DNA of 63,915 bases, filler included, from Armatimonadota bacterium (GTDB taxonomy: Bacteria; Armatimonadota; Fimbriimonadia; Fimbriimonadales; Fimbriimonadaceae): assembly GCA_031400935.1 (NCBI GenBank). It is 8 parts of 8 records of this genome, joined end to end, with 100 filler letters (N's around TTAATTAATTAA, not from the genome) between each part and the next. Parts side by side here need not be neighbours in the genome. Positions count along the whole stretch, not along the records: positions 61,712 to 63,915 come from JANNQV010000038.1; 7 more parts are not named here. The stretch is one strand, 5' to 3'. The translations under genes and the position numbers were made by a program. This document shows positions 61,712 through 63,915 of the stretch, one piece after another (position 1 is the stretch's first letter; every line of letters starts with the position of its first letter). Under the pieces are notes generated by a model that saw only the letters and a program-made list of their open reading frames with translations, was not told where the DNA came from and ran no database searches.

Positions 61712-62598
61712 GACTTGATTCGGGCATATTCCCCATCGCCAGCTTCTGTCACTCCCAAGTGAAGCGGATAGTCGAAACCTTCTGCATCTAATCGCTGCGC
61801 CATAAGGCGGTTTGCATGCACTTTGATTTGAACGCGGCTCGCTTTTGCCGAGATATTGATGTTTTCATACCCGTGCTTCCGACAGATTCGGCAGTATTCT
61901 AGAGCACTTTCTACCAACCCTTGCGGCGTGTCGCCATAAGTCACCAGCAACCTTTCGGCGAGCGAACCGTGGTTAACACCAATTCTCATTGCGATATCGC
62001 GAGCTTTGCAGGCTTCAATCACTGGGACTAGGCTTTCTTCAATGGCATCGAGTTCGGCTTTCCATTCCTCGGGCGAGAATTCCAATTCTTCTTTCAAGCG
62101 AAGCATTTCAGCTTCGTCTCTGCCGCGGACGTCGAGAACAGCTGTCTGTGAATTGGGAGATGTGGATGAAATGGGTGAATTGGATGAAAGTTGAACCAGT
62201 TCAGTCGCTTGAACCTTTTTCGCTCTTGAACCGTGCTTGTGAAAAACAAATAGTCCCGGATTCACCCGAACCTCATCAACATACTTTGCGGCTTCGACAG
62301 CAATGTCTGTTCCCTGATGATGAACGTCTGCTGTCAACGGAACGACTCTGTACTTTTCAATGACCTTTGAGCGGATTTCTTCCAAGCATTGTGCTTCTCC
62401 CAGGCTTGGGGTAGTGACTCGAACCAACTCGCAGCCCACTTTATGAAGCTCAATAATCTGTTCGACGCAAGCGTCAATATTCCGCGTTTCCTCAGTGATC
62501 ATGGACTGAACGAGGATCGGATTCTGTCCGCCCATGAAGACGTCGCCAACCCGAATGGCTCTGGTTTTTCGACGAGGATAGGAAATTTCTGGGTTCAT
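61712..62598 (-). CDS. ispG: HMBPP synthase IspG, 3' truncated
   Basis: RRKTR...G....G..PI.VQSM, ADVH, RVNPG, RIGVNHGSL, YPLHLGVTEAG. Confidence 0.93.
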
Positions 62599-62709
62599 AG
62601 TTCACTATTGAGAATTGTTGATCTGATTGTGGCACTAAACAGAAAAAGGCCCCCCAAGAATCTATACCAATGCCAAATTCCCGAAGAATGGAAAACTCTC
62701 ACCCCTTTA

Positions 62710-62753
62710 TCCCCTCTCCCTCCCGGCACAAACATCCGGCAAGGGAGAGGGGA
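62710..62753. repeat. 12-bp inverted repeat (REP-like or terminator)
   Basis: tcccctctccct ... agggagagggga just downstream of the stop at 62761. Confidence 0.6.
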
Positions 62754-62760
62754 CTTTTGT

Positions 62761-63915
62761 TTACGGAGCTATGTACCAGTTGAACCTGTCCACACTGTGA
62801 GTCCAACCATCAATATTTGAAACGTCGGCGGTCGGAATCGCTGAGAACCTTGCAGAGACTTGGGAATTGCCGTTATTCACGAACGGATTTACTCCGCCAG
62901 CCACGCTAAGCGTGAACGAGCTGTCTGCAATGGTAGTCAACCTAGCATTTGCTGAAACCCAGGCATTTGTATCGTAATTGAACACATGAAGAATCTCCAG
63001 CAGATCAGTTCGAGAAGCTGAAGTTTGCCCCAATAGGTACATTTGGCTTCCCGTAGCAACCGGAGAAGTAGCCACCATGCGAACAATTGCGTTTGCATCG
63101 AATTCGTCACATAAAATGATGAACCGATTCGCATCGTCGTATGCAAAGCTGGTAACGTCTCCACCAAAGTACAATCCGGCATCAACCGTGTACGATGCTG
63201 GGAACAGCGGGCTCAATATGCCGTTGCTGAACCCAGTCGTATCCTGCCCACCGTAGTTTCTGGCCACTGATGTGACGTAATACCACGCTCCGGTCGGCAT
63301 CGAAATTGGTGTGATCGTGTTGTTGAACGACAACGTGTGAACGTTGTAACTCACCCAATCTTGAATGTTGCCAAGACCAGCCGAAGTACCTACTCTCGAC
63401 CACCACAAAAAGATCCCGCCGTCAGGTTCAGTTGTCGAATTTATGTAGTGAATGGAGTCATTGCGAGGAGCGAATTGGCCATCATCCGTTACCGTTACCG
63501 GCCCCGGAGGGGTCGTATCGCCGCATCGGATGCCGTCCGTGTAGGCGAATGGCGAATCAGCACTTTCGATGTTTTGCGAAACAACCGTCACGAAAGCAAT
63601 CGAACCAGCAGGGATTGCCAGTCCGTTGATCGTATAATCCCAGTTTGTTACATTATTGGCAGGATGAAGCACCCAATCTTGGAAGTTTCCAGCGCCAGCA
63701 GATGAGCCAACCCTCGTCCAATACCCTTGAATCGAGCTATGTGGATCGCTAGACTGAGCCGTAATGTGAATCTGAGTTAGACTCGTTTGGTTTGCGCCGT
63801 CATCTTGTACCGCACAGCTTGGCGGGCCAGTCGTGTCTTCAATCACGTTTACCGAAATTTGGTTATTGGCTCCCGTCTCCGCTATTTCACAGGTTTGAAA
63901 CACGTTGTCGGAACG
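62761..63915 (-). CDS. Large secreted/surface protein, C-terminal part with two FN3/Ig-like repeats (5' end outside window)
   Basis: Two ~100-aa repeats DTT.P....V.DDG...W.RVG.SAG.GN.QDWV...VT.V..N....DG/NG, then a beta-rich C-terminal domain. Confidence 0.7.
   Translation of the reverse strand, partial: RSDNVFQTCEIAETGANNQISVNVIEDTTGPPSCAVQDDGANQTSLTQIHITAQSSDPHSSIQGYWTRVGSSAGAGNFQDWVLHPANNVTNWDYTINGLAIPAGSIAFVTVVSQNIESADSPFAYTDGIRCGDTTPPGPVTVTDDGQFAPRNDSIHYINSTTEPDGGIFLWWSRVGTSAGLGNIQDWVSYNVHTLSFNNTITPISMPTGAWYYVTSVARNYGGQDTTGFSNGILSPLFPASYTVDAGLYFGGDVTSFAYDDANRFIILCDEFDANAIVRMVATSPVATGSQMYLLGQTSASRTDLLEILHVFNYDTNAWVSANARLTTIADSSFTLSVAGGVNPFVNNGNSQVSARFSAIPTADVSNIDGWTHSVDRFNWYIAP

Noticed and set aside
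171..63705. Numerous short antisense or overlapping ORFs in the ORF track
   Set aside because: They are shadows of well-supported genes or translations of repeats (e.g. 10764-10952, 24712-25077, and the N-terminal extensions of uppS and carbonic anhydrase).

Overview
Bacterial draft-genome (probably MAG) window made of 8 contig pieces joined by 100-nt artificial linkers (N-run/TTAATTAATTAA/N-run), so gene order across linkers means nothing. Gene content (futalosine-pathway mqnD, McsB-like kinase, kdsB/GT9, prepilin H-X9-DG protein, PEP-CTERM-like tail) suggests Armatimonadota/Fimbriimonadaceae; this is inference. Most genes are housekeeping (rnj, serC, kdsB, greA, mqnD, rdgB, argF-argG-argH-rocD, pdxT, nrdR-nrdJ, gsp/T2SS, aspS, pyrH-frr-uppS, asd, ispG, two tRNA-Gly). 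Highlights: (1) two exported proteins are each split by one in-frame TGA at a Cys-type position, followed by a SECIS-like hairpin: a LolA-like/thioredoxin fusion (W-U-G-A-C) and a protein with thioester-domain-like motifs (SY-U-L ... QxxLW), a candidate new selenoprotein; (2) a four-helix-bundle (bAvd/IVP-like) fusion gene is bracketed by inverted heptamer arrays, with several empty versions of this structure and 7-/9-mer arrays elsewhere, two of them inside ispG and nrdJ; (3) a mobile mystery protein A/B pair carries three TGTCA-N10-TGACA sites at exactly 33-bp spacing; (4) a hipBA module with 61-bp-phased upstream repeats and a DUF4365-type accessory islet. All product calls come from motif recognition; no database searches were run.
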